From contig NC_068983.1 in the NCBI RefSeq assembly GCF_001194135.2, positions 80,086,434 through 80,150,433 on the forward strand: a stretch of 64,000 nt of DNA, read 5' to 3'. The notes under the pieces were generated by a model. The model did not search any database. It worked only from the letters and a program-made list of their open reading frames with translations, and was not told the DNA's origin. A program made the translations under genes and the position numbers. This stretch comes from Octopus bimaculoides. Lineage: Eukaryota. Below are positions 39,333 to 51,074 of the stretch, one piece after another (the first letter of the stretch is position 1; every line of letters begins with the position of its first letter).

Positions 39333-41865
39333 CTTATGTAGTTGGACATCAGACATGCCACATTTGTATTGTATATTTTTGTTGATTTTCAAACACAGCT
39401 ATCCAGTCTTCAGTTTGTAATATCCAACTAAATATCCCTTGTGATTTTCAGTAAACTTCATAAGCTAAAAAAAATATTTTCTTTGTTAAAGACTATCAAA
39501 GAAATCTGTTGTTTCTATCCAACACATGGAAACTTTTCCTTTCTGATTTGCCATAATGTAAGTTATCTAGTATCTTAGAAGACATATCAAAATCTTATTG
39601 ATAGCATAGTTGGGCTTGTGAAATTTTATGAATTCAACATTTGTTCAAATATGTTCTCCTTAACTTCTGGATAAACAGACTGTATCTCATATTTGAAAGC
39701 ATAAAAAAGGCTTTCTATCATAATGACATTTATTTTTATTTTTAATTTTATTTCAATTCCTGGTGAAAGCAAATAGCCAAGCACTTGCACATTTAGTATA
39801 ATTCTGATTAAACAGATATCAGGGATATTTCTAAAGATAAACAGTTATTTCGATTCTCTATAAACATATTTCAACAAGGTGGTAAGTTATATATGGGATT
39901 TTTTTTTTTTTTTCCGGTTGAATACCATTTAACCAAAGAAGTCTTTATTTAGTTGAATGTAGATATCAGGCAATGAATAGTTAATTTATTTTCTGCTTTG
40001 AAGTAACAAAGCTTAGTTTTGTCCATAACTCACCACTAAAGATACAAGAGAAATATCTGTTTTCAGTATGCATACTGACATTGTGTGTGCATGTGTGTAT
40101 ACCCTGTGCTCTGCTGTTGCTCTACATTTTATAAGAAAAATAAAGCTGTGTCAATGCCAGTATGAAATGTCAGTAGCCACTCCTATTCATTTATAATTAA
40201 AGGGTAAATGTAGAAAGAAATGGGCATTAATTTTAGGAAAGTCTGTGGAAGTGTGGCATTCATCATAATTTTGAAATACATTACAGCTAGAGAAACTTGT
40301 GGAAAGAATAGTAATATCACGATTGCCATATAGTTTAACTGATTTAGAGCTGCTTAAAGAATTGCTCCTAGAATAAAAGTCAATGCTAAACAGGCAACTT
40401 TTATTTAACCCTACTATCAATATAGTTAGAAACTAATATGGCCAGAGATACTGCTTACAATTAATATATTTAGCTGTTGGTTCCAAAGGAGAAGAGGCAA
40501 GGGATATAAGTGGCTCCTTATTTAAAGATACAATCTTCTTTCAAAGAAATGATATATAAGAAAAACAAAAAAAGTAGTTTTACTTAATCAAGCTTTAAGG
40601 GAATTATTAATGTTAAGTAGTTGTTTTCATTATTCAATACATCTGTGTTGAATGTGTTTTACCTCCAATATAATTTCTATTAGATTCAAAGGAATCTGTA
40701 ATGATTCCTTTCCATTTACATAGTTTTTAAGTCATTTATCTTTTAACTGATATATAACTACTCATTCTAGTAAGTTCTACTTTAAAATGCTATAGTATAC
40801 ATGCTTTCTCTTAAATGTAATCAACAGGTTCCTATGATCTTGTAGAGGGTTGATAGTTGTTTGGTGCTGAAATATTTGCTCACCCTGAAGTATTTAATAA
40901 TAGTGAGGCTTGGCATTTGAAGCAGTTTTGAGGGTTCTGGTTGTATGCTGTTCATGTTTAGCAGAATAAGATAATGTTTACTTGACATGTGAAGTATTTT
41001 CTGTTCAATGAGACAAAACTGGAATGACTGTATAGGAGAATGTTTCTGAGGTCACTTGTCTTGAGAGTCAGTGCTGGTTTAGCATGAGATAACACTGAGA
41101 GAACAAGGTTATGGAGGAATTAAGTGGAGTATAGTCTGCATAGGAATGAGCCTTGTTTGTTGGATCAGGAGGAGCTCAATCAGTATTTGTCACAATAATG
41201 CAATCTAACATGATGTTACAGAATAGTGATTGACAGAAAGTTGTTAACTACACCATCTCCCAGTACCTAAATATAACATTAGTTTTTACTAACATCTTGA
41301 CATCTGACTCTATTGGTTCAAGATAGCCCCATGTTGATATATGATATGATATGATCAAGATCAAAGTTACCATGAATTGGTTGACATAGACAAAGTAGAT
41401 TGAGATCAGGGAAATTTGTGAATTATAAACAAGTATCTAAAATTTAGAATTCGGCAAATTTAAGATTTTTATGATTTGCACACTTTACTATCATTGATAT
41501 TAAATGAATGTTAATACAATCTAAAAATCTATTATTAGTTGTGAATAAATTAGTCAGAAGTAAGATGTCTATTTACATAAGGTTTTGACTATTTTAGAAT
41601 CCTTATGAAGTTTAGCTATTCATTTAACAAATGGGTGAACATTGGAAACAGATGTCCTGAAAATATATAGTGTGAAATCTTTATAGATCTTCACACTGCA
41701 GGCAAATGCTTGGTCAAGATACTTTTAACTTGTGTGTGTATGAGAGAGAGGAGAGGGGAGGGAAATGAGAGGTTGTGTGAGCAATTTCTCTATAGCATTA
41801 TACAGGCTACCGCTGTATAGCTGTTTGTGTTAGGCTGTGCAATTCCTTTAAAATATCTATATATA

Positions 41866-42247
41866 GGTGCAAGAGTGGTTGTGTGGTAAGAAGCTTGCTT
41901 TCCAGCCTTATGGTTCCAGGTTCAGTCCCACAGCATGGCACCTTGGGCAAGGGTCTTCTACTGTAGCCTCAGGCTGACCGAAACCTTGTGAGTGGATTTG
42001 GTAGATGGAAACTGAGAGAAGCCAATTGTATATGTATGTGTGTGTGTGTATCTATTTGTGTGTCTGTGATTGTCCCCACACCATTGCTTGACAACCAATG
42101 TTGGTGTGTTTACATCCCCATAACTTAGCAAAAGAGACTGATAGAATAATTACTAGGCTTACAAAGAATAAGTCCTGGAGTTGATTTGTTCAACTAAAGG
42201 CAGTGCTCCAGCATGGCCACAGTCAAATGACTGAAATAAGTAAAAGT
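41866..42247 (+). mobile_element. Full-length SINE family A
   Basis: Colinear with 24293-24676 over head, CORE-like block, internal (TG)n and tail. Confidence 0.9.
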
Positions 42248-42829
42248 ATATCCATTCAATCAACAAAAAGTGATCTAAGGGAAATAACTCAAGTAGGTCA
42301 ATATCATGAAGTTAGTTAATTCAAGTAAATGATGAAGTATCAAATGATATATACAAAAAATTTTAGTGAATTAAAATTTGCTTTTCAGTTGAAGAGAGTA
42401 AACAAAATCCTATCAGCAATTGTTTGTGACTTTCACAGAAAAGCCGAGATAATTTGAAGAAATTACAAAAATTTATACCACAGAAAATTGTAAGCTTAAT
42501 CGAGGACCTCTGCTCTTTGTTAGCAGACACAGTTGACTACTACTGACATATTTCAGTCATGTTAGATCACATCAGTAAAATCATTGTCTTTTTGAACCTG
42601 CTTTGGTCAGTGGACAGATTTTTTACTCAAAAAAAAAGAAGTTGGTATTACAAAGATTTTAAACCAGTATAATTTGCATATTCATAAAAATATGTTGTAA
42701 TGGATATATTGTATATAGTGCTCAGGTGCATTACAAGTTAATAGAAATACTTCATGTCATTCAAAAGTCATGATCAAACAGACTAATCTAAAGGACTATC
42801 AGTATACACACACAGGACCACTATTTAAT

Positions 42830-43045
42830 ATTCTTTTCTACTCTAGGCACAAAGCTTGAGATTTTGGGGGAGGAGCCAATCAATTAGATCAAATCCAATA
42901 TGCAACTGGTACTTAATTTATTGACCCTGAAAGGATGAAAGGCAAAGTTGACCTCAGCGGAATTTGAACTCAGAACGTAAAGACAGACAAAATACCGCTA
43001 AGAATTTCGCCTGGCATGCTAACGTTTCTGCCAGCTCACCACCTT
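42830..43045 (-). mobile_element. SINE family C with 13-bp TSD
   Basis: ACCACTATTTAAT at 42817-42829 and 43046-43058. The reverse complement has GAGCTGGCAGAAACGTTAGC...TTCTGAGTTCAAATTCC...CCTTTCATCCTTTCAGGGTCAATAAATTAAGTACCAG, whose central block resembles Meta/MESC-type SINE domains (from memory, unverified). Confidence 0.9.
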
Positions 43046-44244
43046 ACCACTATTTAATGTTACACACACATCCTAGTAGAATCATAGATAAATGGATAAA
43101 TACATAAATAAATGGACAAATGGATAAATACTTCAGGATTGTCTATATAAATCCTTGCAAGCATTACAAATCAGAAATTAAGTTTTAAGAAATTAAGTAA
43201 TCTCTGCTTTAGTGGATATGTTAAATGCTTTTAATTGTTTTGTTGCCCTAATTTTTTTTCTTCTCACTTGAGAGCACTATATGTCTTTCAATGGAGTTTC
43301 ATGGCTTTGGTCTTGAACCAGTTACAGTTTTCCAGTCCATGTTTTTTCAAGACACCATATGTGTGGATGCCATTGGCACACAGTGAGTTCATCCATCTTT
43401 TGACAGGTCTTGTTTTTAATTCTGCAGAGTGTCTACAACACCCTCCTTACCTGACAATCCATGTGGGGGAGCCAGTTTACTCACCAGCCACCCAACCATG
43501 TAGTATTGGGTTACACCTGCCCGAAGTGAATACCTGATAATTAACAGAATCATTAGTATGGATTTCATCATCATGTGTATACCAATATTCCAAGCTCAAA
43601 TACAATATTTCTACACTTATTTTCAATCTTTTGTTGATTCATTTGCTAGTTCTTTTTATTTATGTCTGAACTACCTGTCTTCATTCAACTTTTTCTGCAC
43701 TTCCACCTGCATCGACCTTCATTTCTGACTTCATATTGATGTCATTAAAATTATTTTTCAGTTCACAATACTCTAACCACACTTTCACTATTCAAATTCA
43801 ATCTGTTTTAGATATACATTGTGATGAACTCAAGTAGGCCACCTTTAATTCCTCCTTCTAGCTGTTAGGAATTTTCTATCTTTACTCTCTCTTATGTATA
43901 TATTTAGTGGTTGGTTTCTTATATTGTCAAATGAGCAAGTACATCTAGTGCATTTAAAATGTAGATTGAGTAGCTGTTTATCTCAACTTTTTGTCTATAT
44001 TTCATGTCCACAAATTGTATTGTACTTCCTGTGTAGTACTGGTTTCTCACACTGAAACAAGATTATAAATTCATAAGGAAGGTGTGTCTGGTATATATTT
44101 CATCAACCCTTAACAAAGAGAGTAACAAGATCAACTCAAGCAACATTTGAACTGAGAAAACAGGAAGACATAACTAAGTAATCAAAGGCACTCTATTATA
44201 TCTACAAGCTGTGTTTTTACTGCTTATATATTTATTAAAATACG

Positions 44245-44527
44245 GTTCTGGTGCCACATAAAAAAACACCCAGTCCACTGTAAAACAGTTGGCATTAGGA
44301 AGGGCATCTGTTTGTAAAAACCATGCTAAAGCAGACCTTACTAGTACTGGTATCACTTAAAGAGCACCCAGTTCGCTTTGTAAAGCAGTTTGCATTAGGA
44401 AATGTACCCTGCTGTGAAACCATACCTAAACAGACAGTGGAGGTTGGTGTAGTCCTCTGGCTTGCCAATTCCTGTCACACCATCCAACTCATGCCTACAT
44501 GGAAGACATACGTTAAATGATGATAAT
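44245..44527 (+). mobile_element. Decayed copy of the (GAT)n-tailed element with an internal ~100-bp tandem duplication
   Basis: The CACCCAGT...CAGTT.GCATTAGGAA block occurs twice; ends CATGGAAGACATACGTTAAATGATGAT. Confidence 0.65.
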
Positions 44528-47500
44528 ATTAAAATACTGTCTAATTTTGGAAAGATCATTTCTTAGACAAATAGTCTTACTTGCACCAACTTGAAATACG
44601 ATGAGCCTATACCTAGTTGTTTGGCTGGCTAGATAAAGCAGCCAAAGTTTACATAAATTACATCCACCTTAAAGAAAAAGAAAAAGAACATTTTGGATGG
44701 TGTAATGTCTGGCTTACAAAAACATGGAATGATCATGGCTAGAATGTTTTTGTTCATAGGTTTGTTTAATCCAGGCTGACATTGGGTTAAACAACTTGAA
44801 ATGGCTCTGGTATATTTATGATGGTATATCACTGCTAAAGTACTGACCTGCCAAACAGAGTTTTCCCTGTTCAATGTTAAATTTAGTCAAGTGGTTATAT
44901 ATCATATTACCCCATTTTTTTCATGTGTTATCTCTACCAGTACTCAAAGAAACCACAGCTCACCTTTAACATTGGGTGTGATATCATATAGATTGCACAT
45001 ATCAAAATAAATTGTCTCTTGAAGTAATAGTAAGTAAAAAAAGGCTTAAGTCAACATTACATTCACACACACACACACACACACACATATTCAGAAATAC
45101 ATTTTATATATATATACACAATTACTTGAAACAAAAATGGTGTACATGACTTTAAGGAATATTTTGGAATTTCTTAACATTGCTATTTGTAGCAATTGCA
45201 ACTATTTGCAAGGCAAATGATCTCTGTATGTTTTCTATCTAAATGTTTCCCTTCTTGCATCTCACTATTCCCCCTCCCACTCTCCCTCACCTTTTCTCAT
45301 TCTCTTCATGTCTTCCCTTTCAGTTAATTCCTACATCAAAAACTGGCAAAAATAACAATAAACTAACATCTTTATGAAGGTTATATAGCGTAGCTATATA
45401 ACCCAAGTATAAAATCTCATCAATTGAAATGCCAGAAAAGGATCTTGTAAATATAGTTGTATATGAAATTATGTAAAATGCAGAAAAGATTGAAACACTT
45501 TTTAGCATTCCTTTTTTTTTTTTTAAACTGTTTATGTAAGAATAAAACAGATACTTGGAATAAAAAATATCCAACAAGTTAATGATTTTTTTCTTCTACA
45601 ATCTTCACAGTCTAGATCATATATCTTGTTTATCTTGTATCTCAATTACTAATTGTATTTTTGTTTTATGATATTTTAATTTCTAATTTTCTATCCAATT
45701 ATTTAGCAATTGATACAGATTTATCTCAGATATTGTTTCCTCAAAAAGAATTAAGGTATCAGAGAAAAAAATTCTCTTTATATTTACACTATCAGTATAG
45801 AAATTTAATCAGTTAGCAATAATTATGACATTAACAATTAAATGATGTTTTATGATAAGATAGTCTGTTTCTGGTCTTCAGTTAATTTGTATATTTTGCA
45901 GAACTTGGAAACCACTTAAATTCATAAAAGAAATATTATTATGAAATTTAATATTAATACCAATATATTAATTTAAACTTTACCAATCAACTTAGGGATC
46001 TTGTATGTTGTTGCTCAACTTCCTAATAATAACAGATGAACTTCCCTAAAATCATGTTCTGCTATCTTTTAAAAAAATGATAGAATATCACATTGAATAA
46101 TACAAATCCTATATGCACTATGGCTGAAAAAAATGGGATGGCCACACTTAGAATGCTCTTCATCATATGCCTATTGTATTGGGTCTGATTTAGGGCTAAA
46201 CAACAACTAAAGGTGATGGGCTTGTTTTACCATTCATAAAATTCCTAACACCTGAATTTCGACTGTGTCTCTACAAGATCTAGATATTCCCAAAATGAAA
46301 TACTTCTCAAGTATTTGTGCAGATTTCCCTACCCCCAAATACTCTGGGTAGAATGCAAAATCAAATATGGAGTCTGGTCAGTGATGCTTCCTTTGAATCA
46401 CTTTAACTTTTCTTCCATCTCTTGAATGGTTGAAAGAAGCTAGTCTGGTCTCTTCCTACCATTACTTCTATAAAAATTGTTCAGATGAACTTCATTCGCT
46501 GGTATCTCTAGAGTTTATGTGGTGGCATTAATAGCTACCCCTCTTTCTCCTAAGACTTTGCACAGAAGTGGCCTGTAGATCTTGCTTGGAATAATTTTTT
46601 AGTAAAGAAAAAAACAAGAATAAAAGCAAGCCAATGACAGAGCTTCGGTGTAGTAGCTCAACCTAGGAAAAGCTAAATCTCTCTCAAATCAAATCCTCAG
46701 CTTGAAAAAGAGAAATAGGCACTGCATATATAGTCCAAAATACAGTATCACTGTAAAAAAAGAGGGAAAAATACAGGTTGGTCACAGCTAAAACACCTTT
46801 GATCAGAAGTCAGAATTTACCTAGCATTAAATAACATCGATTAAACATGGAATTTTTCCATCAATGTCAGCAAAATCAGTGACAGTAGCTACTGGTACAG
46901 TATGCTTGATATTAGGAAAGAGACTACATGACCCTCCCTGCCAGCACTTTCCCTGCCCATACTCATGTGAGTAGATAAACTCAAATCTACAAGTCAAATA
47001 GATTTGGTTGATGAAAGCTGAATATCTTTGCTGGAGGTAGTGAAGCACCTGTGATGTGATACACATTAGTACTTCTTCAGTTGGATGTATCATGCATACC
47101 ATAACATTTCAACCACTAGCAGTTATATTCAAACAGATTTATCAAATTTATATTATATTCCAAATATTCAAAGTAATTGAATAGTTTGGTAATTATTAGT
47201 TAATATCATCATATTTCAAATTATTTATAAAATAACTGGAAAAAATGAAAAGAGAAACATTTAATTTATAGCAAGATAATGTTGTGTATAGAAACAGAAC
47301 ATTTTTCTTGCATTTTCCCCAAAGGCATGAGATTTATTTATTGTTTTTTGTTTTAGATTTAGTGAAGTTAAATTATGTCAATTCCTAATTTTCGAAAGAG
47401 GCTTTAAACTGATCATATGCACATTTGCACTTAATTTAATATTTTGTTTTGTGTTTATTTCATAAAATTAGGTATTTTTATTTTGTAGTGAGTTTGTCCT

Positions 47501-48897
47501 GTACAATACTGATACCTCTTTTGACAGTACTATTTCAGTGAGATTTGAACACAGGAGAGTGAAACTAGATACTATGACATACTTTTGACTGATTCTATAT
47601 TGTCTATAGTTTTTCTCTATTATATCTTTGTCTGAACAGGAGAGACAGTAATCATAGCTTAGAGTGTTGCCAAAGGATAACTGATTTTAATGTGGTTAAA
47701 GTTCAGTTTAAAAAGTCTGATATCATGTACTATTAAAAATAATCGTACCAGAAGAAAGTAATTTAAAGAAAATTGAAGTCATTTAAAAAGAAATATCAGT
47801 AATCATTTTACAAAAGACTGATATACGACATTATTCAAGATTTTCGTTCAGTAATAATCCATAAGATTAATGTTTTTGATTAGAAAGTATTTTAATAATT
47901 CATTTGTGTCCTAGAAGTAAGGAAATTAGAAACCAAATTTGTTGATCCCCATTTTTGGTTGTTGTAGGTCATTAACTGACAAAACCATATATGAGCACTT
48001 TCAGTCCATTGTGAATGAAGGCTGCAGAATGAATGGAGAACCTCTATAGAAGCTATATCAATATTATGTGTAGTTGTTATAGTAAATTTCATATCAAGGG
48101 CAGCTGCTTGATGCAATTACAGAGGGAGTTCTTATGAGTAACAATTATGATAATAACATGTTCATTTATTTTCTTTTGTGTTCATTTCTATTTAATTTCC
48201 CATTTCCTTTATAAACAGAATTCTGCTGTTAAGTGATTACACTGAAAATGAAGTCTGTAATGTTTTCTTTCCTCTTGAATTTGTATATATCACTGAATTT
48301 CTGAGCTATAACTTTACATTTTACTTTATATTTTAACAGTCTCTTATATTTGACTTGTTAAAGTGATTAGGTTTTAAATAATGTTTTTGCGAAGGCCATT
48401 ACCAGCATTTCAGCAGGAAAAAAAGAAATTTGAATCTTGTTTAATCTTAATGAACTATATCTTTTTGATATTACAATAATTGAGCATTAGTCTTTTATCT
48501 CACTGAAAGCTGGTTGTTAAAGGACTATTGGTGAAAATAATGTTATTGATTATTCTCCATTACACTCATTCAAAGTATTTAATAACATTTCTTTGCATCA
48601 ACTTGTCTTAGTAAGTCCACACAGAAGAGATCTAAATCAAAAAGAACATATCGATTAGATGGTTGAATGTTATTACAGTACAGTAATACCATGCCAAGAA
48701 TATTTCCAAGAGTGGTACTTTAGGAATGAGCATACCAAATTTAGCAGCCAGGTCGAGTTTCAGTGGTAGTCAGCAAATTGATGTTGTGATTGACTAAAGA
48801 TTAAATCAAACAATGGAAAAGCCTGAATCTTATTCTGATATCTGCTTACAATACATACTTCAAGAACCCATCCATTTTAGTGGTAAATCTCTCTCTC

Positions 48898-48952
<55 letters not shown>

Positions 48953-49007
48953 GAGAGAGAGAGATACATACTTCAAGAATCCATTCATTATATATACGGA
49001 TATGGAT

Positions 49008-49253
49008 GGAAGCATGTGGTGAAGTAGTTAGACTGTTGCATTCCTGATCATAAGGTTGTTATGGGTTTTGATTCCTGGATCAGGCAATGCATTGTGTTCT
49101 TGAACAAAACACTTCAGTTCATATTGCTCTAGTCCACTCAACTGGCAAAAGTGAGTAATCCTGCAATGGAGTGGCATCTGGTCCAGAGGAAGGAATATAT
49201 ACATAATCCAGGAAACTGGCCTTATGAACCTATGGTTTGGGAAGGCCCTTTGA
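49008..49253 (+). mobile_element. SINE family D-like, decayed
   Basis: tRNA-like head followed by TTGTGTTCTTGAACAAAACACTTCAGTTCATATTGCTCTAGTCCACTCAACTGGCAAAAGTGAGTA. Confidence 0.7.
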
Positions 49254-49394
49254 TTTTTTTTTGTTTTTTTTATATTTTTTTTTTATGATAGATATCCGGT
49301 CAGAATTTTATTGTTGGTTTTGTATCAATATTGCTACTAAAATATATTAATAACTCTTCAGATATGCTAACTGGAAGCATATATATTACATATA

Positions 49395-49605
49395 CGAGGG
49401 AGTGCTGAAAAGTTCCTGGCTTTAAGGGTATTGTGAAAGGCCTGGTTGGAGGACCAACCTTCTGAGTTCTTTTACAGGGCTTAGAAAAACTGAAAGACCA
49501 CTGCAATAAGTATGCAGATCTGAGAGGAGGAATATGTTGGATAAAATCATAATTAACTGATCCTCCTGTATTTTCTTACACCCAAAACTTTTCAGCACCC
49601 ACTCA
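49395..49605 (+). mobile_element. 211-bp mariner-derived MITE, TA TSD
   Basis: TA|CGAGGGAGTGCTGAAAAGTT ... AACTTTTCAGCACCCACTCA|TA. The interior retains a transposase C-terminal remnant (GLEKLKDHCNKYADLRG...). Confidence 0.88.
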
Positions 49606-49723
49606 TATCCCTCTCACAACATACTCAAGACTTTGGAAAGCATGTACTGAGCAATTTTGGTACTCAACAAAATGATTTTATTTAATTTCCCCTAAATCAC
49701 AAACTTAACTTCTTTTTACAAGT

Positions 49724-49729
<6 letters not shown>

Positions 49730-49815
<86 letters not shown>
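49730..49815. repeat. (CT)n microsatellite
   Basis: Read directly from the sequence. Confidence 0.97.
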
Positions 49816-49818
<3 letters not shown>

Positions 49819-50470
49819 GATTCTATGTTGCACTGTCTTCTTAAGCAGGTCACTGTGTAATCTCAAACTAATACAAATTTTATTTCATCTTTTAAGGGTT
49901 TTAGTCATCTCTGTAAACCACAGTAGTTTGGTATATCAACCATGCAATAATACTGTTAGAGATTTCCATTTGCGGCTTTGATTTTTTCCATCAAAACTAA
50001 ACAAACATACACACTTACATAAGGCAGTCTGTCAGATACTTTGCATCTAATGAATTTCACTTGTAAAATATTGGCTGACCTAAAGCTAAGACAATTGCCC
50101 AAAGTACCATACACTGTGATTGAACCAGGAGCCTTGTAGTTGCAAAGTAAACTTTTTAATCCAAGCAACCCTTCTTGTACCCACAAGGCATATGTTACTC
50201 TGTTCCTCAATTTCACTGCTCCACTGGATTTCAAATAATTAGAATTTATATCTAATGTATCATATATAATATGTCTATGTACATATTGATTTTGTAAAGA
50301 ACAATAATATTCTATCGACAAATAAAAGGATGGCTGAGAAAAATATGAATTGCATACAACCAAAATATGGATTTACTTGTTATGTAGGAAGTAATTTTAG
50401 GATTTGAAATACTCTCTTCTTTCAGTTATTGTATAGTGTAGTTTTTGATGTACTTTTATTTCCATTTCAG

Positions 50471-50644
50471 ATCCTGATGCAATTCGTAATCTGAAAAGCA
50501 TGGAAGGATTTATGGACAATTGTCCATCATGTCATTTACCATTTGACAAAGGCAAGAAACGGCGCCTTATTGATTCCTGTGGTCATGAGCGCTGTTATTC
50601 TTGCATGTTTAATGTGGAGCAGTGTCCGCTCTGTGAAAATACTG
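50471..50644 (+). CDS. TANC2: Coding exon (174 nt, phase 1-1) of a TANC/rolling pebbles-like protein, encoding a C3HC4 RING finger
   Basis: Acceptor TCCATTTCAG|, donor G|GTAAGT. Reads DPDAIRNLKSMEGFMDNCPSCHLPFDKGKKRRLIDSCGHERCYSCMFNVEQCPLCENT, i.e. C-x2-C-x15-C-x-H-x2-C-x2-C-x6-C-x2-C. I recognise CPSC..PFDKGKKR.LID.CGHERCYSC as the N-terminus of invertebrate TANC/Rols proteins. The symbol is family-level only. Confidence 0.85.
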
Positions 50645-50861
50645 GTAAGTTCACTGCTACTTATATATTTACTTGCCCAACAAACAGTAACCTTTCCACT
50701 TAATACATTTTATAGCTACTGTTACTATAATGTAATCAAGTCTCTTAATCATATCATTTGTTTCTTTTTGTTAAAATTTTCATAGTAACTTAGCATTTTT
50801 TTCCTAATCAAGATAATTTTTTTGTTTTTCATAATTTGATTTAAAAAATCATTCTTTGCAG

Positions 50862-51074
50862 CAAACCCTGCCAAAACAAATGGACATTTTTCACGTCAGA
50901 GTAGTGTAGAGTCAGCTGTATTCACTCACCACCGACCTAAATTAAAAACAAATGGACATTTTACCACTTATATGCAGACTCGAATGGATATATCACCTTC
51001 ACCAGCAACAGAAACGAATCCTTTTTTATCACAACCTTCTCCTAAACTGGCCAGTCGAAACGCAGGACAATCTG
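50862..51074 (+). CDS. TANC2: Next coding exon (213 nt, phase 1-1), Ser/Pro/Thr-rich linker of the same gene
   Basis: Acceptor ATTCTTTGCAG|, donor G|GTAAGT, 217-bp intron. Open in the continuing frame: ANPAKTNGHFSRQSSVESAVFTHHRPKLKTNGHFTTYMQTRMDISPSPATETNPFLSQPSPKLASRNAGQS. Confidence 0.85.

Noticed and set aside
46827-47102. 91-aa minus-strand ORF
   Set aside because: No convincing domain or splice signals; at most a faint LINE-like remnant.
50645-50785. Extensions of ORFs 50500-50703 and 50543-50785
   Set aside because: Sequence after the GTAAGT donor at 50645 is intronic, and the second ORF is an alternative frame of the RING exon.
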